This document shows positions 7,122 through 15,207 of a stretch of DNA of 64,000 bases, piece after piece. This stretch comes from a virus: the IMG/VR virus record IMGVR_UViG_3300045988_159113; one strand, 5' to 3'. The number at the start of each line of letters is the position of its first letter. The stretch's first letter is position 1. A program made the position numbers and the translations under genes. The notes beneath the pieces are model-generated. The model was not told the origin of the DNA. It searched no databases and saw only the letters and a program-made list of their open reading frames with translations.

Positions 7122-7975
7122 GATACAAGATAACTGATGAGACCCTCAAGATGGGTGATCTCACATTGCATAGGATCGAAGCCACCGAACGCTTCAGTGT
7201 TGGCGATCATTTCGTCATACCTGGAGACAAAGGTGGCTGGATTGAGAAGGAATCAAACCTTCAAGAGAACGCATGGGTAGATGGTGATGGCCTGGTCTAT
7301 GGCGATGCTGTCGTTACTGGCAATGCTAGGATATTTGACAACGGCACTATTCGTGATAATGCTAAGGTCTATGGCAACGCTATTGTCAGGGGTTGTTCCA
7401 AGGTTATGGATAATGCCTGCATATGCCAAAATGCCCAGGTTTCTGGCTATACTATCATAAGAAATGACGCTATGATATCTGGCAATGCCAAGGTCATAAA
7501 CTGCGCTGAAGTTTCTAACAGTGCGCGTGTGTGTGGTCATGCTCTCGTCAGTTCAAACGCCAAAGTCAGTGATAGTGCCATTGTATGTGGTAATGCCATG
7601 GTTCGTGGTCATGCTAAGGTTAGAGGATATGCTGAAGTAAGTGGTGATGCTCTTGTTCACAGCTATGCAACAATCAGTGATCATGCTATCGTTACTGATT
7701 CTGCTAAGATCGGACAGAATTGCACCATTATGGACTATGCTTTTATTGGCGGCTCTGCCGAGTTGGAAGAAGTAACTGTCAAAGGATTTGTGAGGTTTGA
7801 CCTGCCTGTCACTATTAATAGGCATGTAACCTTGTTTGATTCTATAACCTTGTTTGATTCTAATGATTTCGTAAGTGTAATCTTACAAGGTAAGGCTTAC
7901 GTTTACATTAAATCAATTGACACCTGGTTCTCGACTCCGCCTTTGAATATTAAAGATTCAATCGAAAAATTATGA
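7118..7975 (+). CDS. beta-helix (hexapeptide-like) repeat protein, family PF1
   Basis: 285 aa. HRIEATERF.VGDHFVIPGDKGGWIEKESNLQENAWV, then GNA.V repeats. ATGA-coupled to PF3c. Confidence 0.8.
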   Translation: MRYKITDETLKMGDLTLHRIEATERFSVGDHFVIPGDKGGWIEKESNLQENAWVDGDGLVYGDAVVTGNARIFDNGTIRDNAKVYGNAIVRGCSKVMDNACICQNAQVSGYTIIRNDAMISGNAKVINCAEVSNSARVCGHALVSSNAKVSDSAIVCGNAMVRGHAKVRGYAEVSGDALVHSYATISDHAIVTDSAKIGQNCTIMDYAFIGGSAELEEVTVKGFVRFDLPVTINRHVTLFDSITLFDSNDFVSVILQGKAYVYIKSIDTWFSTPPLNIKDSIEKL

Positions 7976-8019
7976 AGTACAAGTATACGTCTTGATGATC
8001 GGTTTAGGAAATAGAAGAT

Positions 8020-8100
8020 ATGATCGTTTTATTTGTTATAGCAATTATTTTGCTGGAGTTCTACCTATTGATTAATATGGAGGACGAATTGAGGAAATGA
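8020..8100 (+). CDS. candidate mini-membrane peptide (26 aa) coupled to the sigma gene
   Basis: MIVLFVIAIILLEFYLLINMEDELRK. Its TGA (8098-8100) overlaps the sigma ATG (8097-8099). Preceded by AAATAGAAGAT. Below the ORF-track cutoff. Confidence 0.35.
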   Translation: MIVLFVIAIILLEFYLLINMEDELRK

Positions 8101-8774
8101 GAAAGTTAAAGATCGGGAACATGCGTTCCTTTGCTCGTGACGATTGGTGGCTTCATGAGTCTAACAAATACAAACCAGTTTCTGCGGAGGAAGAGGCAAG
8201 CCTCAGTAGGGATAAGTTGATAGAGCACAACCTCCGCTTCGCTATTAGCGTTGCCAAGCAGTATGCCTATACCAACATCCCTATCGAGGACCTCATCCAA
8301 TACGCGAATATTGGTCTTGTCAAGGCTGCTGATCTATGGGATCCCACGCGTGGATTCAAGTTCATCAGCTATGCTGTCTGGTGGATCAGGCAAACTATCA
8401 TGGCGAATGTCAAAAATTCTATCGTTAGTATGCCTATCAACCAGTGGCGAGCTCTTAACACAGAACATAGAGAGCTCGAAAAGAAAAGTCAGGAGGATGA
8501 ATTCCTTTATGACTCTTGTGTCCCAAGAAAGGTTGGCTTTGAGGATTGGATGGTTGGTTCTTATGAAGAAGAAAAAGGGACTATGTACACCTTCGAGCAG
8601 CTGATTTCCAAGCTCACGAAAAGAGAGCAGGATATCATCAGGAAAAGGTATGTAGATAACCGGACCCAATGCGACATTGCCGAGAGTATGGGATGCACAC
8701 GTGAGAATGTGCGAAGTATTGAGTCAAAAGCTTTAAGAAAGCTAAGGCGAATGTTAAAACATCGAGATTTATGA
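8097..8774 (+). CDS. sigma-70 family RNA polymerase sigma factor (copy 1)
   Basis: Region 2 reads LIEHNLRFAISVAKQY...DLIQYANIGLVKAADLWDPTRGFKFISYAVWWIRQTI. Region 4 HTH reads LTKREQDIIRKRYVDNRTQCDIAESMGCTRENVRSIESKALRKLR. Confidence 0.85.
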   Translation: MRKLKIGNMRSFARDDWWLHESNKYKPVSAEEEASLSRDKLIEHNLRFAISVAKQYAYTNIPIEDLIQYANIGLVKAADLWDPTRGFKFISYAVWWIRQTIMANVKNSIVSMPINQWRALNTEHRELEKKSQEDEFLYDSCVPRKVGFEDWMVGSYEEEKGTMYTFEQLISKLTKREQDIIRKRYVDNRTQCDIAESMGCTRENVRSIESKALRKLRRMLKHRDL

Positions 8775-9307
8775 AAGTCAAAGAATTAAGACCTATATTG
8801 GAGCATCTTGATGGCGATATCGAGGTTGAATTCGCAATCGCATACCAACAAGAAGCTCCCAAAAATCAAGAGACTCACAAAAACGAGTTCCGTGATAACT
8901 ACCGAACTTGTGGAAGCTACACTTTTGGTCATGCAAAATTCATAACAGATCCTCAAGGTTTGAGTGTTGAGTGTTGGCCAATCTATAATTCAAAAGGGCT
9001 CCTTGGTTACCTTCGCAAAACAAATATCATATCGATATGTGACCAGAACCAAGCGAGGATAAAAGGTTTTAAATATTGGAAACGAGTTTCTCGTCATGAG
9101 GATCAGCTCCTCCAAGCAATCGTTGATTTTGTTTGTGTAGAATATGACAGCTACAGGAAAGAGTTTCAGACTCTATTCACTTTAGAGGATGACTGGTACT
9201 TTGCTATAGATGACTATCCAGAATTCGATGATGAAGAAGAAGAGGAGGATTATTGGAATACTTATCACGACAAAGGTATTGTTCCCCTTGTTTATTTCGT
9301 AAAGTAA
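8771..9307 (+). CDS. hypothetical protein, paralog family PF4 (copy a)
   Basis: 178 aa. Shares MKV+.L+..L...D..LEV, CWPI.NS.GL.GYLRK, F+YWK.VS.HE..LL..I..F and PLVYF with 9388..9984. Confidence 0.75.
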   Translation: MKVKELRPILEHLDGDIEVEFAIAYQQEAPKNQETHKNEFRDNYRTCGSYTFGHAKFITDPQGLSVECWPIYNSKGLLGYLRKTNIISICDQNQARIKGFKYWKRVSRHEDQLLQAIVDFVCVEYDSYRKEFQTLFTLEDDWYFAIDDYPEFDDEEEEEDYWNTYHDKGIVPLVYFVK

Positions 9308-9311
9308 AAAT

Positions 9312-9328
9312 CGGCAAACTGCCGTTTT
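9312..9328 (+). terminator. rho-independent terminator-like hairpin
   Basis: CGGCA-AAC-TGCCG followed by TTTT, 4 nt after the PF4a stop. Confidence 0.5.
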
Positions 9329-9387
9329 CATATTTTCATTCATTTCATTTCATTCATTTATTCATTAATTTCAAAAACATTACTAAA

Positions 9388-9984
9388 ATGAAAGTAAGAG
9401 ATTTGAAGAGCCTGCTGGCAGGCGTAGACGAGAACCTTGAGGTTGGTATCAGCTACTGGGACTTTACCCTTTTCTTGAAGGGCGCCGGAGTCAAGAATGA
9501 CATGTTCCATCTTGAGTTTGGCGATACAAGACCAGAGGCAGGACCAACTCCTGGACATGAAATTTCGACCGCTACGACCAACATCAACAGCAACGAGACA
9601 GAGGACGATGCGCCCGTTCCAGAGGATGAAGAACAGCCTATTTCTGATTCTGCAGAGTACACTATCGGTGCTTTGACTACTGTATCAGACCCCAATGGCA
9701 ATGAGATCAAGTGCTGGCCAATCAGCAACTCCGCAGGCCTGGTTGGCTACCTTCGCAAGAAGGATCTGCTCCAGGAGCGCACATCTAGTGAGGCAGCATC
9801 TCGCAATACAGCATTCAGATACTGGAAGCTGGTGAGCAACCACGAGATTGCTTTGCTCAGAACTATCAGGAATTTCATCGCTGATGAGCTCAGTATGAGC
9901 GCCCGCCTGTGGACTACTGAAGGTACACTGTACGGTGAGGCCGGAACAAGCGTCGCACCTTTGGTTTATTTTCCTGAGGTATAA
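9388..9984 (+). CDS. hypothetical protein, paralog family PF4 (copy b)
   Basis: ORF track 9253..9984. I start it at ATG 9388 (MKVRDLKSLL), which aligns with the N-terminus of 8771..9307. The upstream 45 codons cross a terminator and a TTCAT repeat tract. Confidence 0.75.
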   Translation: MKVRDLKSLLAGVDENLEVGISYWDFTLFLKGAGVKNDMFHLEFGDTRPEAGPTPGHEISTATTNINSNETEDDAPVPEDEEQPISDSAEYTIGALTTVSDPNGNEIKCWPISNSAGLVGYLRKKDLLQERTSSEAASRNTAFRYWKLVSNHEIALLRTIRNFIADELSMSARLWTTEGTLYGEAGTSVAPLVYFPEV

Positions 9985-9992
9985 CTAAGGAT

Positions 9993-10018
9993 GCCCTCCT
10001 TCGGGAGGGCTCCTTTTT
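9993..10018 (+). terminator. rho-independent terminator
   Basis: GCCCTCC-TTCG-GGAGGGC followed by TCCTTTTT, 9 nt after the stop. Confidence 0.75.
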
Positions 10019-10032
10019 AAAAAAAAAGAAAG

Positions 10033-10290
10033 ATGATTCACACTGCAGAAATAAAACGTGGCGATGATGTTCTTGACACAATCCACGTATTAGATACTCC
10101 TATAGCGGATGTTATAATCTGCCAGGAAGCGAGCCATTTTTTCGCAGGATTTACAGCTCTACCTTGGGAGGAATACATCGAAAAAATCGATGGTATTATC
10201 GTGACAGTAGATGGTGAGTTCTTCGGAGACTCTGGGCCTTTCTTTGTTGCGAAAGAGCAATATGAAGATTTCAAAAAGAAAATAAGATGA
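10033..10290 (+). CDS. hypothetical protein
   Basis: ATG ORF, 85 aa, with an A-rich leader. Confidence 0.6.
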   Translation: MIHTAEIKRGDDVLDTIHVLDTPIADVIICQEASHFFAGFTALPWEEYIEKIDGIIVTVDGEFFGDSGPFFVAKEQYEDFKKKIR

Positions 10291-10499
10291 TCACAGTTTT
10301 AAGTTTCCGAAAAAGTGATGGTCGCACTGAAACCATCAGTATTCAGTCTAACGGGATCAACCTGGCAACTATGATTCAGGATGCCGTGACAAGACTGGTA
10401 GACTTCAAGATGCTAAACAAGAAGTCAGAAGTGAAAGCAGGAGACCATGGGCACTTGACCTATGAGTCTGAGGAGTTTATCGTAAATGCCACGTACTGA
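10287..10499 (+). CDS. hypothetical protein
   Basis: ATGA-coupled ORF, 70 aa. Confidence 0.6.
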   Translation: MITVLSFRKSDGRTETISIQSNGINLATMIQDAVTRLVDFKMLNKKSEVKAGDHGHLTYESEEFIVNATY

Positions 10500-10642
10500 T
10501 GTATTACATACTAGCAACGGGTAATGACAATAAAGTCTACGAGGATCCCCACGCAGTCAATGCTATGTATAATAGAGCAGAATCTGCTACATTGTACAAA
10601 GTAAGCGATCAGGGAGATATGGAAGTTGTAAAAAGTAAATAA
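10499..10642 (+). CDS. hypothetical small protein (47 aa)
   Basis: ATG shares one base with the preceding TGA (TGATG). MYYILATGNDNKVYEDPHAVNAMYNRAESATLYKVSDQGDMEVVKSK. Below the ORF-track cutoff. Confidence 0.4.
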   Translation: MYYILATGNDNKVYEDPHAVNAMYNRAESATLYKVSDQGDMEVVKSK

Positions 10643-10661
10643 CCACAAAAATTAAAAAACG

Positions 10662-11021
10662 ATGTTAAAAGGTTTAGAACGTATGAAGTTGAGGTGCAAC
10701 GGGTTGCGCTTCACCGTAAAGGAAGAGGCCAAGATCGTGGTTTGCTCTGGTGATTTTGTATGCCGGCAGACTGGCAAGAACTACCACGTCCACGCAGTGG
10801 CAAAAACAGATGATGTTGATGCTTTTGACGAGACAGTAGGTAAGCGCCTGGCTCGTGCTCGTTGTGAGCACAAGGCATATATGCGGTTCAGAAATGATAT
10901 CCGCAACATGCAGAGAGAAGCCAAGCGGCATTTGGAGATTATCACAAACACGTTGGACATGGTATGCCTACATCGGCTGCCAGTTCAAAGGGGATATATC
11001 AAGTCTTTGACCAGACGATGA
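10662..11021 (+). CDS. hypothetical protein with AK.D..D.FDE.VGK+.A motif
   Basis: 119 aa. HVHAVAKTDDVDAFDETVGKRLARARCEHKAY resembles VVAGFAVCHEQDEFSPEVGKKIAYNKA in 39180..39659. Confidence 0.65.
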   Translation: MLKGLERMKLRCNGLRFTVKEEAKIVVCSGDFVCRQTGKNYHVHAVAKTDDVDAFDETVGKRLARARCEHKAYMRFRNDIRNMQREAKRHLEIITNTLDMVCLHRLPVQRGYIKSLTRR

Positions 11022-11088
11022 TCTATTTTTTCGGCTTAGCGCTATTATTCTTAATGATGGCGATGGATTCAAATGATGACGACTGGGT

Positions 11089-11544
11089 ATGAATAAAGGC
11101 GAGATTTATCAGAATGGCTTCTACCTGATGGTGGGGGCCATTCTCGGTATTATTGGGACCTGTACTTTCAACTCTGTGGCTACACAGCAAGAGGTCCTGA
11201 TAAAAACCGAGGTGAAAAGGGACACGATCGTTGCCATGAGGCCAGAGCTTAATGAGCAGAACCTGAAAGAGAAGCTCGCAAGATTGCCGCACCATGACGT
11301 GGTGTTTAAACAGGCAAAGCTTGAGTCGAGACTTGGCAAGTCAAAAGTATATAAGAGAACAAACAACCTATTTGGCTTGAGAAAAAACGGAGCCTATCGA
11401 TCTTATGATCACTGGACGGAGTGCGTGGATGATTACGAACGCCTTATCTCGTCCAGATATAAAGGCGGGTGTTATTACACCTTTCTCGAGAGAATAGGCT
11501 ATGCAGAAGATCCAAATTACATTTCTAAATTAAAAATGATATGA
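11089..11544 (+). CDS. membrane-anchored glucosaminidase/FlgJ-like peptidoglycan hydrolase
   Basis: N-terminal hydrophobic span FYLMVGAILGIIGTCTF. The core QAKLESRLGKSKVYKRTNNLFGLRK...YRSYDHWTECVDDYERLI matches the Glucosaminidase-domain signature (Q..lES..G.S.....NNlFG...y.sw..s..dy..ll). Confidence 0.65.
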   Translation: MNKGEIYQNGFYLMVGAILGIIGTCTFNSVATQQEVLIKTEVKRDTIVAMRPELNEQNLKEKLARLPHHDVVFKQAKLESRLGKSKVYKRTNNLFGLRKNGAYRSYDHWTECVDDYERLISSRYKGGCYYTFLERIGYAEDPNYISKLKMI

Positions 11545-11648
11545 GTAAGTATAAGAAATGTTTAGCAAAACGCTGGTGGGACAAATTGCCCGAATCAGAA
11601 AAGGCTGCTCTCACTCGTCTGGGATCAGTCAAGCAGCGGACAATATGA
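11541..11648 (+). CDS. hypothetical small protein (35 aa)
   Basis: ATGA overlap at both ends (11541-44 and 11645-48). MSKYKKCLAKRWWDKLPESEKAALTRLGSVKQRTI. Below the ORF-track cutoff. Confidence 0.4.
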   Translation: MSKYKKCLAKRWWDKLPESEKAALTRLGSVKQRTI

Positions 11649-12373
11649 TAACGTACCTGTTATTATCTAAGGATAGCAAGAGTTGCTACGCTTTAGATAT
11701 AACATGGGAAAATGGGAAGACTTGTTGCCGGATGAATGTCGACACCATCGCAACAGATATGACAATAAATGAGGTAAGAGCTATCAACTCAATGATACGA
11801 GAGTGCGTTGAGGGTATGCTTTGTCCTGTTTCTGTTATAGAAACCACAATATATTTTGGAGGTCATGCTTATTTCATTCAGGACGGCATCATCTATCAGG
11901 ATGATAAACAGTTTGTAGGTCCTTGGTTCAAGTTAGGTGATATGCTGAATGATTGGATGGAAAAGCGACCGTTCACTATTACTCCAAACGGCAACATGTT
12001 TCAACTTGTAGTTGGTGACACTTCGGAAGTCAAGGCGGCGAATAAGGTATGCATAAACGGATCGTTTTATAAAACCATCAACTTTGACCTTGCCAAGTCT
12101 CTCCCATGTTATACTAAGTTTATGACATTCCAGATTCCGGAAAATGACGGTCGGTTTATTCCATATTGCCACAATAAGGTTGAACTCTTGCGTGTATTGC
12201 ACAACATCAATAACTACGAAGACGTAGATATGCGAGATTACAAATTCGAGAATGGCAAATGGGAGATAACAGAACGCGTGCTTTCGCGACTGTATGAAAG
12301 AGTCATCGGTTCTTCGGAAGTGTCAAATGTTGAAGACATCAAAAAAGTCATAAGATTTTTAGATAATGTTTAA
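11645..12373 (+). CDS. PF6 family protein (divergent member A)
   Basis: ORF track 11558..12373. ATG 11645 (MITYLLLSKD) aligns with the N-terminus of member B and is ATGA-coupled to the small ORF. C-terminus: FENGKWEITE...IGSSEVSNVEDIKKVIRFL. Confidence 0.7.
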   Translation: MITYLLLSKDSKSCYALDITWENGKTCCRMNVDTIATDMTINEVRAINSMIRECVEGMLCPVSVIETTIYFGGHAYFIQDGIIYQDDKQFVGPWFKLGDMLNDWMEKRPFTITPNGNMFQLVVGDTSEVKAANKVCINGSFYKTINFDLAKSLPCYTKFMTFQIPENDGRFIPYCHNKVELLRVLHNINNYEDVDMRDYKFENGKWEITERVLSRLYERVIGSSEVSNVEDIKKVIRFLDNV

Positions 12374-13193
12374 GCTGTATCTATTATCTCAGGATAATAC
12401 CGAGATGTACAATGCATACGTAACCTTCAACAATGACAGAACTGACGTTAGAATTTATAGGTGTCAGAATGTGTTAAGCTTCGCCGAAGTTTTACAACAC
12501 AATATAGAAGTCAAATGTCTTGAAAGGATACTGTGCCCTATTTACTTCTATGCCAATCATTGGATTTTTGGGGGCTATAATTATGAAATTTTACATGGTA
12601 ATACTTATAAAGATAGAATCACTGGACCTCCCTGTTGGATGGCTGCACAGAACATAGCGACAGAAGCTTCTAAGTTTCTCGCCTCTCTCCCGATTCGCAT
12701 AACAGCACAGAAGGTAGACTGGCCAGATGAACGCACTTTCTACTGCTTGAATATGATAGGGGCAGACGGGCGTGCAATAACTAGGACGTCATTTCCTGTT
12801 AAGTTAGCGAATGGTTATCTCACTCTGGATTTTAAAATCCCAGGAGGATACGATGACCTTATCGAACTCTTCGATCTTAAACCTATGGATGACGGGATTA
12901 TTCCAGCGTGCAAAGGAAAGGATAAGCTCCACGCTCTGCTCAAAATATTAAACTCAAGAACTGAGCAAGATATTAAATGTTACCGTAAAGTGCTGACTAA
13001 ACAGTTGAAGAATGGCAAGTGGATCATTACCTCGCCAAATCCGCGTGATCTGATCGCTAGCGATATCTATAAACTGTATAGTGAGATTGTCGGCTATCCT
13101 GTGAAGAGGGGAATATCTCCTGAAGTAAACACCAAAGAAGATTTAGATAAAATTATCACATATTTAAAAGATGCCAAAATATTATCCCGGTAA
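12366..13193 (+). CDS. PF6 family protein (member B)
   Basis: 275 aa. C-terminal module LKNGKWIITS...VGYPVKRGISPEVNTKEDLDKIITYL. Confidence 0.75.
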   Translation: MFKLYLLSQDNTEMYNAYVTFNNDRTDVRIYRCQNVLSFAEVLQHNIEVKCLERILCPIYFYANHWIFGGYNYEILHGNTYKDRITGPPCWMAAQNIATEASKFLASLPIRITAQKVDWPDERTFYCLNMIGADGRAITRTSFPVKLANGYLTLDFKIPGGYDDLIELFDLKPMDDGIIPACKGKDKLHALLKILNSRTEQDIKCYRKVLTKQLKNGKWIITSPNPRDLIASDIYKLYSEIVGYPVKRGISPEVNTKEDLDKIITYLKDAKILSR

Positions 13194-13560
13194 GTATTCG
13201 ACCGACTTATCTAACCATATCATAGACTACCTAGGGTATCAGGCGGATAAGGAACTCGAATACGCCAAACCTGAACAGTTGGAGGTTGTCAAAAAGGCAG
13301 CCGACATACTTAAAGAGATCGCACTCCAGTGTCGAGACATCAATCCTATCGTCTTCGCTATAGCGAGGATGAAAAGGAAGGATAAAATCCTAAGGATTGA
13401 CAAGGAGACAGGAGAGAAAAAATACATCAAAGTTTGGAAGAAGGAGATTTTCCCACCCGGAAACTCCGGACGCCTTACTCTTCTTGATAAGGGCAGGATT
13501 GCCTGGACCAAAGATGAAATCATCCAGGAGAACAATCATGAGTATTTTTATAAGCCATAA
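13171..13560 (+). CDS. hypothetical protein, paralog family PF5 (copy a)
   Basis: 129 aa. Near full-length identity blocks with 13573..13962 (CYPGKYS, AKPEQ, DP.IFAIARMKRK.KILRI.K.TGE..YIK, EIFPPG.SGR.TL.DKG.IAWTKDEIIQENNHEY.YKP). Confidence 0.8.
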   Translation: MPKYYPGKYSTDLSNHIIDYLGYQADKELEYAKPEQLEVVKKAADILKEIALQCRDINPIVFAIARMKRKDKILRIDKETGEKKYIKVWKKEIFPPGNSGRLTLLDKGRIAWTKDEIIQENNHEYFYKP

Positions 13561-13572
13561 AGTCAGATAATT

Positions 13573-13962
13573 ATGTCGAAATGTTATCCAGGTAAATATT
13601 CAAGAATTTTGGCTGACCGTATCATGGGTTATCTAAGGTTTCAGTCAGACCAAGAACTTGAATGTGCCAAACCAGAGCAAATCGAACTTATCAAATGCGT
13701 CATGAGTACTCTCAGGCAAATTGCTGATCAGTGTCGATATATTGATCCTGTTATCTTTGCTATTGCGAGGATGAAAAGGAAAGGAAAAATTCTCAGGATT
13801 AACAAAGCTACTGGAGAAAGAAGGTATATCAAAATTTTGGAAAAAGAAATCTTCCCTCCTGGTGATTCTGGGAGAATCACTCTTTCTGATAAAGGTAAAA
13901 TTGCCTGGACAAAAGATGAGATTATCCAAGAAAATAATCATGAATACCTTTACAAGCCGTGA
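13573..13962 (+). CDS. hypothetical protein, paralog family PF5 (copy b)
   Basis: 129 aa. Tandem duplicate of 13171..13560. Confidence 0.8.
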   Translation: MSKCYPGKYSRILADRIMGYLRFQSDQELECAKPEQIELIKCVMSTLRQIADQCRYIDPVIFAIARMKRKGKILRINKATGERRYIKILEKEIFPPGDSGRITLSDKGKIAWTKDEIIQENNHEYLYKP

Positions 13963-14174
13963 AGTATTACGCAGGAGATAGAGTCTCGCAAACTTGGTTT
14001 GAGTGGTGTGTCCGCAGTTTGAGATTTGGGTCTTGTAAACCTGAGTCTTGCCCAAACTGCAAGACATACCATGCAGCCAATGAGAAAGTCAAAAAATTGT
14101 TAAAAAGTTATATCAAAAGACAGTATGCAGGAAATGATTGTTTTGAACGGGAAGATGTTGAAAGAGGAAGCTGA
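13959..14174 (+). CDS. hypothetical Cys-rich small protein
   Basis: GTG start overlapping the preceding TGA (GTGA). 71 aa with C..........C....C..C spacing. Confidence 0.4.
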   Translation: MKYYAGDRVSQTWFEWCVRSLRFGSCKPESCPNCKTYHAANEKVKKLLKSYIKRQYAGNDCFEREDVERGS

Positions 14175-14305
14175 AGAGCTTAACAGATACACTTCTCGTT
14201 TTGGCGCGTTCTGAGCGCGTTAAATTCTTCTGGTGAACAATTACACCAGAAAGACGAGATCTTCGCTCTACGAGCCAGCAAATGGCAAAAATCAGGTATT
14301 GAGAG

Positions 14306-14545
14306 ATGAAAAACGTATACGAGATTAAAGGTAAGGGGTTCATCGTTGGTGATTACCCTGCCTGTAACAGTGACAAATGGCTGATGATTGACGCCACAGC
14401 TTTCAATGATACCAACATTAGGAAAACGTTGGTATACGGAGAGGTTGCCGTGTATCTTGGCAGTGTTAAAGAGGTAATCGGAAGACACAAACGGCAGATG
14501 CACGAGATAAGGCGATACACAAAGGCCATATTGAGAAGATCATAG
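14306..14545 (+). CDS. hypothetical protein
   Basis: ATG ORF, 79 aa. Terminates at TAG, with a TAA 7 codons further on. Confidence 0.45.
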   Translation: MKNVYEIKGKGFIVGDYPACNSDKWLMIDATAFNDTNIRKTLVYGEVAVYLGSVKEVIGRHKRQMHEIRRYTKAILRRS

Positions 14546-14586
14546 ACTAACGAGATCATATTTTGTTAATATGAAATTCTTAGGAT

Positions 14587-14880
14587 ATGACGGACAATTA
14601 CCCTATGGGTACTGCAGACGATCCCAAGGCTCCATGGAACCAGAAAGAGGAACCTTTTAAAAGTGTAGATGTGGCAGTGGTTGCTGTAATGACTAAATAC
14701 TGCACACTATGGAACAGAGGCGAGAGTCTGGAAGAAAGCTATTCAAATTCCGAGTATTCGATACAGGATATGTTGGATATGCTCAAGGTCTACGTTGAAA
14801 AAGACGTGGATAATAAAAACAGAAGTGCTATCCTTTCATCTATCGATGGATGGTACACGGAAACAATAACGATAGAATAA
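14587..14880 (+). CDS. hypothetical protein
   Basis: ATG ORF, 97 aa. Confidence 0.6.
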   Translation: MTDNYPMGTADDPKAPWNQKEEPFKSVDVAVVAVMTKYCTLWNRGESLEESYSNSEYSIQDMLDMLKVYVEKDVDNKNRSAILSSIDGWYTETITIE

Positions 14881-14892
14881 AAAAAACAAGAA

Positions 14893-15207
14893 ATGGAAAG
14901 ATTCAATGGAAAGCTTGTGAGACTTTATGAAGTCCACGGAGAATTCGCAGAGCTTCTGTGTTATATGCGCGTAAAGCGTGCGTTTAATAAAGAAGACAAG
15001 TCCGATGATGTCGTCCTCGATGGAATCATTGTCTCATTCGAGCTTAACAAAAACACCGGGCGATTGGTTCTCGATACAAAGAAAGCGTCGACATGTAAAA
15101 CCTTCGCTGAGTACGAAGAGCTGCAAGTGATCAGTGAGTCAGAACTTGCTGGTATAGCTCAGGCTTGCTTTGATGTTGCACTGTATAAAGCTGGTGTCAT
15201 ATCATGA
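14893..15207 (+). CDS. hypothetical protein
   Basis: ATG ORF, 104 aa, with an A-rich leader. Confidence 0.6.
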   Translation: MERFNGKLVRLYEVHGEFAELLCYMRVKRAFNKEDKSDDVVLDGIIVSFELNKNTGRLVLDTKKASTCKTFAEYEELQVISESELAGIAQACFDVALYKAGVIS

